NCBI GenBank assembly: GCA_046861395.1
Contig: JBHHUC010000036.1
Coordinates: 1-20,575, forward strand
Direction of reading: 5' to 3'
DNA: 20,575 bases
From: Fidelibacterota bacterium
Lineage (GTDB): Bacteria > Fidelibacterota > Marinisomatia > Marinisomatales > JABMOV01
The notes under the pieces were generated by a model. The model searched no databases. It was not told the origin of the DNA and worked only from the letters and a program-made list of their open reading frames with translations. Each line of letters opens with the position of its first letter. Position 1 is the stretch's first letter. Below are positions 1 through 10,197 of the stretch, piece by piece. The position numbers were made by a program, and so were the translations under genes.

Positions 1-999
1 CTATCCATCTTTCGGGATAAATCCACCCGAACCCGTTTCAGCTTTGCTTCAGCAGCCAATGCTCTGGGACTGGCGGTTTCGGATCTGGATGAAGAAAAAT
101 CCCAGGTATCACACGGGGAAACGGTCCGGGAAACGGCTAATATGATTTCTTTTCTTACGGAGGTGATCGGGATTCGCGATGATATGTTTTTGGGTGCAGG
201 ACACACTTATATGCAGGAGGTGGCTGAGGCTGTTCAGGCCGGATATGACGAAGGAATTCTGCACCAGCGTCCCGCAGTGATCAACCTGCAATGCGATATC
301 GACCATCCCACCCAGAGCATGTCGGATCTGGCCATGTTGAAACAAACGTTCGGTTCACTGGAAAACCTGCATGGAAAGAAGATTGCCATGACATGGGCCT
401 ATTCTCCCAGTTACGGGAAACCGCTATCGGTTCCTCAGGGGATTATAGGACTCATGACCCGCTTCGGCATGGATGTTACACTGGCCTATCCCGAAGGCTA
501 TGGATTGATTCCTAACGTCATGACCCGGGCGGAAAAGCATGCGGCTGCCAGTGGCGGCTCTTTTTCAGTAGTACATGACATGGACACGGCCTTTGCCGAG
601 GCTGATGTCGTATATCCCAAATCCTGGGCACCATACCAGGTGATGGAAAAACGTACGGAACTCCTGAAAGTCGGGGACAGGAAAGGTCTGGAAGCATTGG
701 AGAAAGAAGCCCTGGCCAGCAATGCCAGGTTTATGGACTGGGAATGCAATGAAGAAAAAATGGCACTGACCCGGGGCGGAAAGGCGCTCTACATGCATTG
801 CCTTCCAGCCGACATATCGGGTGTCAGTTGTGAAAAAGGAGAGGTGAGCAAATCCGTTTTTGAACGCTATCGGCGGGATACCTACAAGGAAGCAGGGTTC
901 AAACCTTTCGTCATCGCAGCCATGATGTTCCTGAGCCGGCTGGATGATCCCTTCCGGACCCTTGAAACCATTATTAACCAGAAAAAGAGCCGGTACTAA
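1..999 (+). CDS. ygeW: YgeW-type carbamoyltransferase (ATCase/OTCase family), 5'-truncated by the window edge
   Basis: Frame 1 is open from base 1 (LSIFRDKSTRTRFSFASAANALGL...) and includes the STRTR carbamoyl-phosphate motif upstream of the track's ATG at 142. It also has the HPTQ, WAYSPSYGKPLSVPQG, YPKSW and MHCLPADI motifs typical of YgeW. Stop is TAA at 997-999. Confidence 0.92.
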   Translation, partial: LSIFRDKSTRTRFSFASAANALGLAVSDLDEEKSQVSHGETVRETANMISFLTEVIGIRDDMFLGAGHTYMQEVAEAVQAGYDEGILHQRPAVINLQCDIDHPTQSMSDLAMLKQTFGSLENLHGKKIAMTWAYSPSYGKPLSVPQGIIGLMTRFGMDVTLAYPEGYGLIPNVMTRAEKHAAASGGSFSVVHDMDTAFAEADVVYPKSWAPYQVMEKRTELLKVGDRKGLEALEKEALASNARFMDWECNEEKMALTRGGKALYMHCLPADISGVSCEKGEVSKSVFERYRRDTYKEAGFKPFVIAAMMFLSRLDDPFRTLETIINQKKSRY

Positions 1000-1000
1000 T

Positions 1001-2467
1001 ATGACAACACGAGAAAAAGTATTGGAAAACACCATCAATCTTTGCCGGGAAAGGAATATTCTGATCCCGACCTATGCCCAAATGAGGGATCCGGATACGG
1101 TTCCGGAAAAAGTAAAGGAGGAACTGAAACAGATCGGATTATGGGATATTAATCCGCGAAATCTGTTTCGGATCACCTGGAAAAATGAACCGGTGGCAAG
1201 AGGCGGTGGTTTCGGCCCCGTGAATTATATGGAGATTCCCAAGGCACTTACCGGTGTGAGGGCCCGGATTTTCATTCTCCTGGGGAAATATTTCCCCACC
1301 GGAGCACATAAGGTGGGAGCCACGTTCGGACCGCTGGTGCAGCGGCTTATTACGGGCGAATTTGATCCGACGCGGCAGAAAGCACTATGGCCGTCCACCG
1401 GCAATTATTGCCGGGGTGGATCCTTCAATGCCGCCTTGCTCGGTTGTCCTTCCGTTTCTGTATTACCCGAGGAAATGAGCCGGGAACGATTTGAATGGCT
1501 GGAAAATATCGGTTCGGAAGTGCATCGGACTCCCGGAAGCGAAAGTAATGTCAAGGAAATCTATGATAAAACCAAGGCTTTGCAACAGGAACGGGGTGAC
1601 AGCCTGGTGGTACTGAACCAGTTTGAAGAAATCGCCAATCCTCTCTGGCATTATGCCGTCACCGGCCCGGCCATGGCGGAAGTCTATGAGCAGAATAAAG
1701 CGGAAGAATCACGTTTCAGCGGACTCTTTTTGACCCAGGGATCGGCCGGTACGCTGGGAGCCGGAGATTATTTACGCGAACAATTTCCCGCCCTTAAGAT
1801 TGCCGCCGGTGAAGCCCTCCAATGTCCCACCCTCCTGTATAACGGCCACGGTTCGCACCGGATAGAGGGCATTGGGGATAAACATGTTCCCTGGATTCAT
1901 AATATGAAAAACATGGACATGGTTATCGGCATCGATGATGAAATCTCCATTCGACTCATGCAGCTGTTCAATGAAGATGTCGGCAAATCATTTCTGAAAG
2001 AGGAAGGTGTTCCGGCCGAAATTGTTGACCGGCTCAATCTGCTGGGCATTTCCGGCATCGCCAATCTGGCGGGAGCGATCAAGATGGCCAAATATTATGA
2101 GTTCAATGAAAATGATATCATCTTTACCGTTGCCACAGATTCTATGGATATGTATACCTCCCGGCTGGCTGAAGAAAGGGAGAGATATGGCGATTATTCC
2201 CAGCGTCGGGCCGCGGTGGATTTTGAAGCCCGGCTTATGGGATTGGATTCTGAAGGCGTCATGGAACTTTCCTATAATGATAAAAAACGAATGCATAATC
2301 TGAAATATTTCACCTGGATCGAGCAACAGGGTAAAACAGTGGAGGAATTGGACGCACAATGGTATGACGATCGGTATTGGAAAAAGGCCTACCATCAGGT
2401 GGCGTCCTGGGATGAAAAAATCATCGAATTCAACCAAAGAACAGGTTTGTTGAAAGCCTATCAATGA
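1001..2467 (+). CDS. Fold-type-II PLP-dependent enzyme, cysteine-synthase/TrpB-like, substrate unknown
   Basis: FPTGAHKVGA (PLP Lys), PSTGNY, LNQF, QGSAGTL and HRIEGIGDKHVP motifs. ATG 1001 follows the ygeW stop by 1 nt and is preferred over the overlapping 944 start. Confidence 0.8.
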   Translation: MTTREKVLENTINLCRERNILIPTYAQMRDPDTVPEKVKEELKQIGLWDINPRNLFRITWKNEPVARGGGFGPVNYMEIPKALTGVRARIFILLGKYFPTGAHKVGATFGPLVQRLITGEFDPTRQKALWPSTGNYCRGGSFNAALLGCPSVSVLPEEMSRERFEWLENIGSEVHRTPGSESNVKEIYDKTKALQQERGDSLVVLNQFEEIANPLWHYAVTGPAMAEVYEQNKAEESRFSGLFLTQGSAGTLGAGDYLREQFPALKIAAGEALQCPTLLYNGHGSHRIEGIGDKHVPWIHNMKNMDMVIGIDDEISIRLMQLFNEDVGKSFLKEEGVPAEIVDRLNLLGISGIANLAGAIKMAKYYEFNENDIIFTVATDSMDMYTSRLAEERERYGDYSQRRAAVDFEARLMGLDSEGVMELSYNDKKRMHNLKYFTWIEQQGKTVEELDAQWYDDRYWKKAYHQVASWDEKIIEFNQRTGLLKAYQ

Positions 2468-3702
2468 GTCAGCCCTACCATATAGGATATATCTGCATGT
2501 CCTGCGGTGAATTATACCCGGTGGACCCGTTCCGGTATACCTGTCAGACCTGTGGCAGTAACCTGGATATTGCCTTTGAATATGCATTGATTGCCGCCCA
2601 ATGGTCTCAGAGGGCGTTGGAAAAAAACAAAAACCATTCAATGTGGCGATACAGGCCCCTGTTGCCGGTTAAAGGAAAACCGGAAGAGGGCGTTATACCG
2701 GTGGGAGGAACGCCTTTGCTCCAGCAAAAACGTCTGGCGCAGGAGTTGGGTCTTCGTGATTTATGGTTGAAAGACGATACCCGAAATCCCTCCGGATCCT
2801 TGAAAGACCGGGCGACAGACCTGGCCATTCAGCATGCCCGGGAGGAAGGATATACAACACTGGTGGCCGCTTCAACGGGTAATGCCGCTGCCTCTCTGGC
2901 CTGTTTGTCGGCGGCATCCGGCATGGAAGCTGTCATCTTTGTGCCGGCGGAGGCTCCTTCGGCCAAGTTGACTCAGATTCTACAATATGGTGCGCATTTG
3001 TTTCCGGTGGAGGGAACTTATGATGATGCTTATGATCTTTCATTGAAAGTGGTGGCCGACAATGATTGGTATTCCCGCAGCACGGGGATGAATCCCGTGT
3101 TATCCGAAGGAAAGAAGACAGTAGCACTAGAAATTGCCGAGCAGATGAATTGGGTTTTACCGGACTACGTATTTGTCCCGGTGGGAGATGGTTGCATTAT
3201 TGGGGGAGTATTCAAAGGATTTTTTGATTTGCATCAATTGGGCTGGATTGAACGCATCCCACGAATCATCGCTGTCCAGGCCAAAGGTTCTTCCGCCATC
3301 ATCAATGCGCTGGAACAGGAAATTATAAATCCCGTTATGGCCGATACAATTGCCGATAGTATCTCCGTGGCGATGCCCCGCGATGGATTAAAAGCCCTCC
3401 GGGCTGTAAAGGAAAGCCAGGGGTTTGGCATTCTTGTCTCGGACAGCGAAATCCTCTCGGCGCAGCATTTTCTGGCACGAACCACGGGACTTTTTGCCGA
3501 ACCAGCAGCAGCGACAGCGTTTGCTGGCCTGCTGAAGGCAGAATCAACGGGAAGAATTGGTTCCAACGATAGTGTGGCCGTTCTCATTACCGGATCGGGG
3601 TTAAAAGATATATCCGCAGCCCAAAAGGGAATAAAATTTCCCAAGACAATATCACCTACGGTGACAGCCTTTCATAAGGCCTGGAAACAAAGTCATGGCT
3701 GA
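2464..3702 (+). CDS. Threonine-synthase-like PLP enzyme with an N-terminal Zn-ribbon
   Basis: N-terminal CMSC...CQTC, GGTPL, NPSGSLKDRA (PLP Lys), ASTGNAA, EGKKT, VPVGDG, EPAAA and ITGSGLKD. ATGA overlap with the upstream gene. It may be a ThrC paralogue, so no symbol is given. Confidence 0.85.
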   Translation: MSQPYHIGYICMSCGELYPVDPFRYTCQTCGSNLDIAFEYALIAAQWSQRALEKNKNHSMWRYRPLLPVKGKPEEGVIPVGGTPLLQQKRLAQELGLRDLWLKDDTRNPSGSLKDRATDLAIQHAREEGYTTLVAASTGNAAASLACLSAASGMEAVIFVPAEAPSAKLTQILQYGAHLFPVEGTYDDAYDLSLKVVADNDWYSRSTGMNPVLSEGKKTVALEIAEQMNWVLPDYVFVPVGDGCIIGGVFKGFFDLHQLGWIERIPRIIAVQAKGSSAIINALEQEIINPVMADTIADSISVAMPRDGLKALRAVKESQGFGILVSDSEILSAQHFLARTTGLFAEPAAATAFAGLLKAESTGRIGSNDSVAVLITGSGLKDISAAQKGIKFPKTISPTVTAFHKAWKQSHG

Positions 3703-4171
3703 GTCTCTGTATTCCATTTCATTGCAGGTGAACGGAAAACGGGTCCGGGCGGATGTTTCGGTGGAATTACGCTTGTTAGACTTTCTCCGCAATAACCTGG
3801 ATCTTACAGGGGCCAAGGAAGTCTGTGGCGAAGGAGAATGCGGAGCCTGTACCGTGATCATGGACGGGAAAACCGTCAATGCCTGCTTAATCCTGGCGGT
3901 GGAAGCGGACGGAACAGAAATCATTACGATTGAAGGATTGACCCGGGACAATACGCTTACCAGGCTGCAACAAGAGTTTGTGAATCATCATTCTGTCCAG
4001 TGCGGATATTGCATCCCCGGCATGGTGTTGTCTGGTGACCAGATTATCAGAGATCATGGACAACCGGACAGGAATACAATCAAGGAAGATTTAGCGGGGA
4101 ATATCTGCCGTTGCACGGGATACCAGAAAATTATTGATGCAATAGAATATGCTTCGGATAAACACCGTTAA
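3695..4171 (+). CDS. Xanthine dehydrogenase/CoxS-family 2x[2Fe-2S] small subunit (intact)
   Basis: CGEGECGAC-x11-C (NACL) and QCGYC...CRCTGY; all eight cluster Cys are present. Confidence 0.93.
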   Translation: MAESLYSISLQVNGKRVRADVSVELRLLDFLRNNLDLTGAKEVCGEGECGACTVIMDGKTVNACLILAVEADGTEIITIEGLTRDNTLTRLQQEFVNHHSVQCGYCIPGMVLSGDQIIRDHGQPDRNTIKEDLAGNICRCTGYQKIIDAIEYASDKHR

Positions 4172-4383
4172 ACATAGATGAAATTAAGACCAGGGAAAAT
4201 ACGATCCGTCGAGTTACCAATGTCTGAAAACAAAGCTCAGGTTTTTCATGCTTCGGCATCAAGGAATGATAAAGTCGGGTTATCCGTCAATTTCAGACTG
4301 GAATCAGAGTGTAAGCAATTTATTGTTGCCGATGTAATCAATGAGATCGAGATTTATCCGCAAACGTCAGTGGTAATATATCC

Positions 4384-5220
4384 ATGAAGTATTATCGTCC
4401 TGAGAGCCTGGAAGAATACCGGGAAGTGGTTGCCGCCAGTCCGGGAGCATCGCTGATGCTTCTGGCCGGTGGAACGGACATCATGCCAGGCTGGGAACAG
4501 GAGAAAGGATCAAGACCTGATCTTCTCCTTGATATCAAAAGAATCGACGTCTTACGAGGTATCCGGGAAAAGGATGATGAAATCATTATCGGCGCAATGA
4601 CTACTGTTCAGGAATTAAAGAATGCGGAGATTATTCGCAATGAGTTCACTGCTTTATTTCAGGCGGCAAGTCAATTTGCCGGAGTGCAAATCCGCCATCG
4701 TGCAACCGTGGGGGGAAATGTGTGCCATGCTTCCCCGGCAGGAGATCTTTTACCGGGACTCTACGCCCATGAGGCGGAGGTTCAGCTGGTGGGACCGTCA
4801 GGTGCTCGTCGGATTCCCATTTCCGAATTGATCACCGGTCCCGGAAAAACCGTTCTGAAACCCGGTGAAATTCTTACGGAAATTCATCTGAAACGAGGTA
4901 CCGGGAAATCACTGTTCTATAAATTGGGTCTGCGTCAGACCATGGCCATCGCCGTGGTGAACTTTGCCATGGTTTATACCGTTAATGATTCTGCAAGATT
5001 CACGACATTGCATATTGCCGCCGGTTCAGTAGCGCCGACTGTTGTGTTTCTGCGGTGGTTTACACAGGCGCTTACGAAGAATATTCCCCTGAATGATGCC
5101 CTCCCCCTGGTGGATAAGGATATTTCCCCGGTTGACGATATACGGGGAACGGCTGACTATCGTCGCACCGTCTTGAAGAATGTCCTGAAATATACTCTGA
5201 GACAGGAAGGGTATAAATGA
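4384..5220 (+). CDS. Xanthine dehydrogenase/CoxM-family FAD-binding subunit
   Basis: LAGGTD, QIRHRATVGGNVCHASPAGD and DDIRGTADYR motifs. Confidence 0.92.
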   Translation: MKYYRPESLEEYREVVAASPGASLMLLAGGTDIMPGWEQEKGSRPDLLLDIKRIDVLRGIREKDDEIIIGAMTTVQELKNAEIIRNEFTALFQAASQFAGVQIRHRATVGGNVCHASPAGDLLPGLYAHEAEVQLVGPSGARRIPISELITGPGKTVLKPGEILTEIHLKRGTGKSLFYKLGLRQTMAIAVVNFAMVYTVNDSARFTTLHIAAGSVAPTVVFLRWFTQALTKNIPLNDALPLVDKDISPVDDIRGTADYRRTVLKNVLKYTLRQEGYK

Positions 5221-5297
5221 AACTACGAACTGTTACCACTATGAGGGATCAATTTAAAATTCGAGGCGACTCGAGTCTTTCATATCGATGAAGAATT

Positions 5298-8200
5298 ATG
5301 TCTGATAAACTCTATCCCATCCAACTTGTACACTTGCTGAAATGGATTCTGGAAGAAGAAAAGCACGGCTCTATTTTCGGTGTGACCAAAGAATTGTTTT
5401 TTAAACCAAAGGCTGATGATGTTTTCAGAATGAAACGGTACGGACAATGGCTGGAAACACCGATTGGTGTGGCAGCTGGTCCCCATACACAAATGTCCCA
5501 GAACATTATACTGTCCTGGCTCATGGGTGCCCGCTATATCGAATTGAAAACAATCCAGACTCTGGACGAATTGGAGGTTTCCAAACCCTGCATCGATATG
5601 CAGGATGAAGGTTATAATTGTGAATGGTCCCAGGAACTGCGGTTACAAGAGTCTTTTTCCGAATATCTGAATGCCTGGATTATCATCCATATTCTGAAAG
5701 ATAAATACCGCTGGGGTATTGGAGATGACTTGGGCGGGATTTTCAATATGAGTGCCGGCTACGATCTGGCCGGTATCAAGACACCCAACGTACAGCACTT
5801 TCTTGACCTGATGGAAGATAGTCGACCGGAATTGGATAAGCGATTGGACGCGATTTCAGACCTGTATCCCAATGTAAAGAATATTCACATTCCCGCCCAA
5901 CTTTCCGATAATCTCACTTTATCAACCATGCATGGCTGTCCCCCGGATGAGATTGAAGCGATCGGAACATATTTACTGGAAGAACGGGAATATCATACTA
6001 CCGTTAAACTGAACCCCACACTGTTGGGTGCCGAATTATTGCGGGACATACTCCATAATGAACTGGGGTACACTGATGTCATTGTTCCGGACGTGGCCTT
6101 TGATCACGATTTGAAATATACCGACGGAATTAACCTGATAAAGAATTTACAGTCCAAGGCGGATCGGAAAGGGTTGGCCTTTGGTTTGAAACTTACCAAT
6201 ACGTTGGAAGTCGAAAACCATAAACCCATTTTCCCAGCCCAAGAACAAATGATGTACATGAGCGGTCGGGGGCTCCATCCCATCAGTATTCATTTGGCGG
6301 CCAGGCTGCAGGATGACTTTGCCGGCCGTTTGGATATTTCGTTTTCCGCCGGAATGGATGCCTTTAATGTTTCGGACGTATTGGCCGCCAACATCAAACC
6401 CATTACTATCTGTACTGATATTCTGAAACCGGGGGGATATACCCGTTTCGCTCAGTATTTTGATGAGATTGAGGCCCGGTTCAGAGAAAAGAATGTCACC
6501 TCCATTGCAGAATATATTTTGGCGCAGGATCAAGGTTCGGATATCCGGCATTCCGGCCTGCGAAATCTGAAACGCTACGCCCGGAATGTTCTCGATAACC
6601 CTGCATATCAGAAGAACAATAAACATTTCGAATCCATCAAGACAGCCCGACCGCTGACGGCCTTTGACTGCATCCAAGCCCCGTGTATTGAAAATTGCGC
6701 CACGGATCAGGATATTCCCGAATATCTGTATCAAATGGCTCAGGGAAACGTGGCTGAAGCGTATCATACGATCCTGCGAACGAATCCCCTACCCGGCGTA
6801 ACGGGATCGGTGTGTGATCATCTGTGTCAAACAAAGTGTACACGAAATAACTTGGACAGTACGTTACTGATCCGGGAGATAAAACGCTATATTACGGAGA
6901 ATAATTTCACCGAACATCCACAACCGCCACCGGCCCGGGGCTTAAGCGCTGCCGTTATCGGTGCAGGTCCGTCAGGGTTATCCTGCGCGTATTTTCTGGC
7001 CCGGGAAGGTTTCAAGGTGGATATATTTGAAGCAAAATCTTTTTCCGGCGGCATGGTTTCCGACGCAATTCCCGTTTTCCGGCTGACGGATGACAGCATT
7101 CGAAATGACATCGAACTGGTAAAAGCAATTGGTGTTCGGATCCATTACGAAGTGACGGTGGATGAACAGCGTTTTGCCCAATTGCAGAAGGAATTTGATT
7201 ATATCTATATCGGTGCCGGTGCCCAGCGAAACAAGAAATTGAATATTGACGGCGAAGACTTGCCCCAGGTGATGGAACCACTCACATTTTTATCCCGGAT
7301 CAGGCGCAGGGAAAAAGTGGCTATCGGGAATCGGGTTGCGATTATCGGAGGTGGCAATACGGCCATGGATGCGGCACGAACCGCCCGGCGGTTGGGTGCC
7401 GATGTAACCATCATTTACCGTCGCACGGTCAGGGAAATGCCGGCTGACCAAGAAGAAATCACCGCGGCCCTGGAAGAGGGAATTCACCTGGAAACGTTGA
7501 CGGCTCCGGAGCGGATATTCCCCGGAAATGATGGAGAGATTATACTCACTTGTTCCCGTATGACCCTGGGAGCGGCGGACCAGAGTGGCCGGGCTCGTCC
7601 GGTAAAAATTGAATATTCCGAATTTGAATCGGTCTTCGACACAATTATTCCGGCCATCGGACAGGATATTGCTTTTGACTTTTTACCGGCTGAGGCATTG
7701 TCGGTCGATCCCAATACCAACGAAACGACCCTGGAAAATGTTTTTGCCGGTGGGGATGTGGTTCGCGGAGCTTCCTCAGTGATTCATGCCGTTGGGGATG
7801 GCCGCCGGGCGGCCCTGAATATCATTACAGCGGCACAGTCCCGGACGAATGGCAACCAGCAATCGTCATCCCTGCGCTATGATAAATTCTATTATCAGAA
7901 AAAACTGGCTCGCAGGGAAATGGGTCTAACTACGCCGCATCTGGCACCTGAACAGAGAATCAATTTTCAGCTGGTGACCCGCACCCTGAATGAACAGGAA
8001 GCCCTGACGGAAGCGGAGCGCTGTTTGTATTGCGATGATGTCTGTGATATTTGTGTCAGCGTATGTCCCAACCTGTCAAACATGTCCTATATGGCAGAAA
8101 AAACACTTTATCCTGTTTTGACTGTTTATAAATCGGAATCCGGTTTTAGGGTAAAACAAACGGGGACATTTCAGGTAAATCAGGAACCGCAAATTATTAA

Positions 8201-8570
8201 TATTGCCGATTTCTGTAATGAATGCGGAAATTGCACGACCTTTTGTCCCACCGCGGGCGATCCCTTCAGAACAAAACCGCAGTTTTATTTATCCCGCGAA
8301 GCTTTTGAGGCAGAATCTCAGGGCTATTGGTTTGATGAAAATGGATTATATTTCAAGCATGACAGCAGGGTTGCCAGTCTCAAAGATAACGGAGGTTCAT
8401 TTACTTTCAGGGATGATGATATTGATGTTACCATGAATAAAACACAACTGGATGTCTCCGCGGTTACCTTTCTTGGCCCAAAAGATGAAGTGTCACTATT
8501 CCAGGCTGTTACCATGGTGTTTCTATACGAAAATGTGAAAGTATTACCTGTTTTTCAATCGGGGCGATAG
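5298..8570 (+). CDS. ygfK: YgfK-family Fe-S flavoprotein oxidoreductase (often annotated 'putative selenate reductase')
   Basis: N-terminal GVAAGPHTQ / IELKTIQ / KPCID / YNCEWSQEL / STMHGCPPDEIE / KLTNT domain. GltD-like Fe-S and FAD/NAD(P) domain (VCDHLCQTKC, GAGPSG, GGGNTAMD). C-terminal ferredoxin motifs (RCLYCDDVCDICVSVCPN, CNECGNCTTFCP). Confidence 0.93.
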   Translation: MSDKLYPIQLVHLLKWILEEEKHGSIFGVTKELFFKPKADDVFRMKRYGQWLETPIGVAAGPHTQMSQNIILSWLMGARYIELKTIQTLDELEVSKPCIDMQDEGYNCEWSQELRLQESFSEYLNAWIIIHILKDKYRWGIGDDLGGIFNMSAGYDLAGIKTPNVQHFLDLMEDSRPELDKRLDAISDLYPNVKNIHIPAQLSDNLTLSTMHGCPPDEIEAIGTYLLEEREYHTTVKLNPTLLGAELLRDILHNELGYTDVIVPDVAFDHDLKYTDGINLIKNLQSKADRKGLAFGLKLTNTLEVENHKPIFPAQEQMMYMSGRGLHPISIHLAARLQDDFAGRLDISFSAGMDAFNVSDVLAANIKPITICTDILKPGGYTRFAQYFDEIEARFREKNVTSIAEYILAQDQGSDIRHSGLRNLKRYARNVLDNPAYQKNNKHFESIKTARPLTAFDCIQAPCIENCATDQDIPEYLYQMAQGNVAEAYHTILRTNPLPGVTGSVCDHLCQTKCTRNNLDSTLLIREIKRYITENNFTEHPQPPPARGLSAAVIGAGPSGLSCAYFLAREGFKVDIFEAKSFSGGMVSDAIPVFRLTDDSIRNDIELVKAIGVRIHYEVTVDEQRFAQLQKEFDYIYIGAGAQRNKKLNIDGEDLPQVMEPLTFLSRIRRREKVAIGNRVAIIGGGNTAMDAARTARRLGADVTIIYRRTVREMPADQEEITAALEEGIHLETLTAPERIFPGNDGEIILTCSRMTLGAADQSGRARPVKIEYSEFESVFDTIIPAIGQDIAFDFLPAEALSVDPNTNETTLENVFAGGDVVRGASSVIHAVGDGRRAALNIITAAQSRTNGNQQSSSLRYDKFYYQKKLARREMGLTTPHLAPEQRINFQLVTRTLNEQEALTEAERCLYCDDVCDICVSVCPNLSNMSYMAEKTLYPVLTVYKSESGFRVKQTGTFQVNQEPQIINIADFCNECGNCTTFCPTAGDPFRTKPQFYLSREAFEAESQGYWFDENGLYFKHDSRVASLKDNGGSFTFRDDDIDVTMNKTQLDVSAVTFLGPKDEVSLFQAVTMVFLYENVKVLPVFQSGR

Positions 8571-8772
8571 GATAGGTATGCCGTCATGATTTTATTATCA
8601 ATAATATCCACACCTTCCCTCGCAAGCCTTGAGTCAGTAATTGAATTAAGTCGAAGGATTAACTTTAGGCATGCTCAATCATTGTCCTTAACTCACCGCC
8701 GCGCAGGTACGTTATGTCCCATGGGGAAAAAGAGATGAGGTGAATACTTGTAATGAATAGCGAAAGATATCC

Positions 8773-10197
8773 ATGAACCGAATTCTGATACAAAATCCAC
8801 TGGCCGTTGCGACCATGAATGATTCCAATGATGAGTTTAGTGGCGGGCATATTCTCATTGAAGATGATAAAATCACTTCAGTCGGACCAAATCCGCTCAA
8901 TGCAGCAGCGGATATTGTCATCGATGCGTCCCAAATGGTGGTCGTGCCGGGGTTTGTTAATACGCATCATCACTTGTACCAATCTCTGACACGAAATATT
9001 CCGTTGATGCAAAACCAACCTTTGTTTCACTGGCTGACCAATCATTATGAAGTCTGGCGGGAATTGACAGTGGAAGCAGTGAGCGTCAGTGCCCGGACGG
9101 GTTTATTGGAATTAATGAAATCGGGAACCACCACCAGTTCCGATCATCTCTACCTCTTTCCCAGCCAAACAAGCACAGAACTGATTGATGCTGAAATTGA
9201 AAGTGCTCTGGAAATAGGTATCCGCTTCCAGCCCACCCGTGGATCCATGTCACTGGGGAAATCAAAAGGCGGCCTGCCACCGGATGATACGGTCCAGAGT
9301 GAGGCGGAAATCCAACGGGACACGGAACGTCTATTGACCCGGTACCATGACACTTCGGACGGGGCCATGACCCGCCTTTCCCTGGCGCCTTGTTCCCCTT
9401 TTTCAGTGACGCCGGAACTGATGAAATCGACGGCCAAATTCGCATTGGCGAACGATCTTCAAATGCATACCCACCTGGCGGAAACATTGGATGAAGAGGA
9501 TTATTGCCTGGAACAATTTGGACAACGTCCGACAGATTACGTGACCGGGCTGGGTTGGATGAATGGCAACGCCTGGTTTGCCCACGCAATTTATTTAAAT
9601 GATGATGACATTGCTATCATGGGCGAAACGGGGGCGGGAATGAGCCATTGTCCTTCATCCAATATGCGTCTGGGAAGTGGCATTGCCCGTATTCGTGAAA
9701 TGATGACAGCCGGAGTACCGGTCAGTATTGGGGTGGATGGATCGGCTTCTAATGATTCGGGAAACATGCTTCTGGAAATGAGAAATGCCATGTTATTATC
9801 ACGGCTGAGGGAGGAAGAATTCTGGCTTACAGCCCGGGATGTTCTGCGCATGGCAACACGGGGTGGTGCCGAAGTCCTGGGCCGGAGTGATATCGGCCAA
9901 ATTACAGCCGGGAAACAAGCTGATTTGGCTCTATTTTCCCTGGACAGACTGGAATATGCCGGTGGCTTGTCTGACCCTGTTGCTGCCCTGGTATTTACCG
10001 TACGGACCGCTCCCGTCGATTATTTGATCGTGAATGGTATCGTGCAAATACAAGTCGGGAAATCCACGGTTAATGAAGCGGCCTTAATCCGGTCCCATAA
10101 CGAAATTGCCGCAACCATGTTGAAACGGGCATCCCAAAAAACAAAAATCGATTTCAACACCGGGATGGAAAAAGAAGGAAAAAACAATGGGAAATGA
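8773..10197 (+). CDS. Metal-dependent amidohydrolase, 8-oxoguanine deaminase/AtzB-like subfamily
   Basis: NTHHHLYQSLTR (HxH), APCSPFSV, HTHLAET, WFAH, HCPSSNMRLGSG and GVDGSASND motifs. Confidence 0.82.
   Translation: MNRILIQNPLAVATMNDSNDEFSGGHILIEDDKITSVGPNPLNAAADIVIDASQMVVVPGFVNTHHHLYQSLTRNIPLMQNQPLFHWLTNHYEVWRELTVEAVSVSARTGLLELMKSGTTTSSDHLYLFPSQTSTELIDAEIESALEIGIRFQPTRGSMSLGKSKGGLPPDDTVQSEAEIQRDTERLLTRYHDTSDGAMTRLSLAPCSPFSVTPELMKSTAKFALANDLQMHTHLAETLDEEDYCLEQFGQRPTDYVTGLGWMNGNAWFAHAIYLNDDDIAIMGETGAGMSHCPSSNMRLGSGIARIREMMTAGVPVSIGVDGSASNDSGNMLLEMRNAMLLSRLREEEFWLTARDVLRMATRGGAEVLGRSDIGQITAGKQADLALFSLDRLEYAGGLSDPVAALVFTVRTAPVDYLIVNGIVQIQVGKSTVNEAALIRSHNEIAATMLKRASQKTKIDFNTGMEKEGKNNGK

Noticed and set aside
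944..1000. Track start codons at 142, 944, 13775, 17840 and 20491
   Set aside because: 142 and 20491 are internal to genes truncated by the window edges. 944, 13775 and 17840 overlap upstream genes and add sequence with no family motifs.
5268..5292. Short palindromes upstream of ygfK (GACTCGAGTC; TTCAT-ATCG-ATGAA)
   Set aside because: They are too short to distinguish from chance, and no second copy was seen.
5298..8570. Literal 'selenate reductase' function for YgfK
   Set aside because: This is a legacy annotation. The context (ygeW, xdh subunits, deaminase) points to purine/urate catabolism.
8571..8772. Purine or Moco riboswitch, or a Fur-like box, in the 202-bp gap after ygfK (TATTAT-CA-ATAATA at 8593-8606)
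   Set aside because: I could not match riboswitch consensus elements, and a short AT-rich palindrome is weak evidence. An Rfam scan would settle it.
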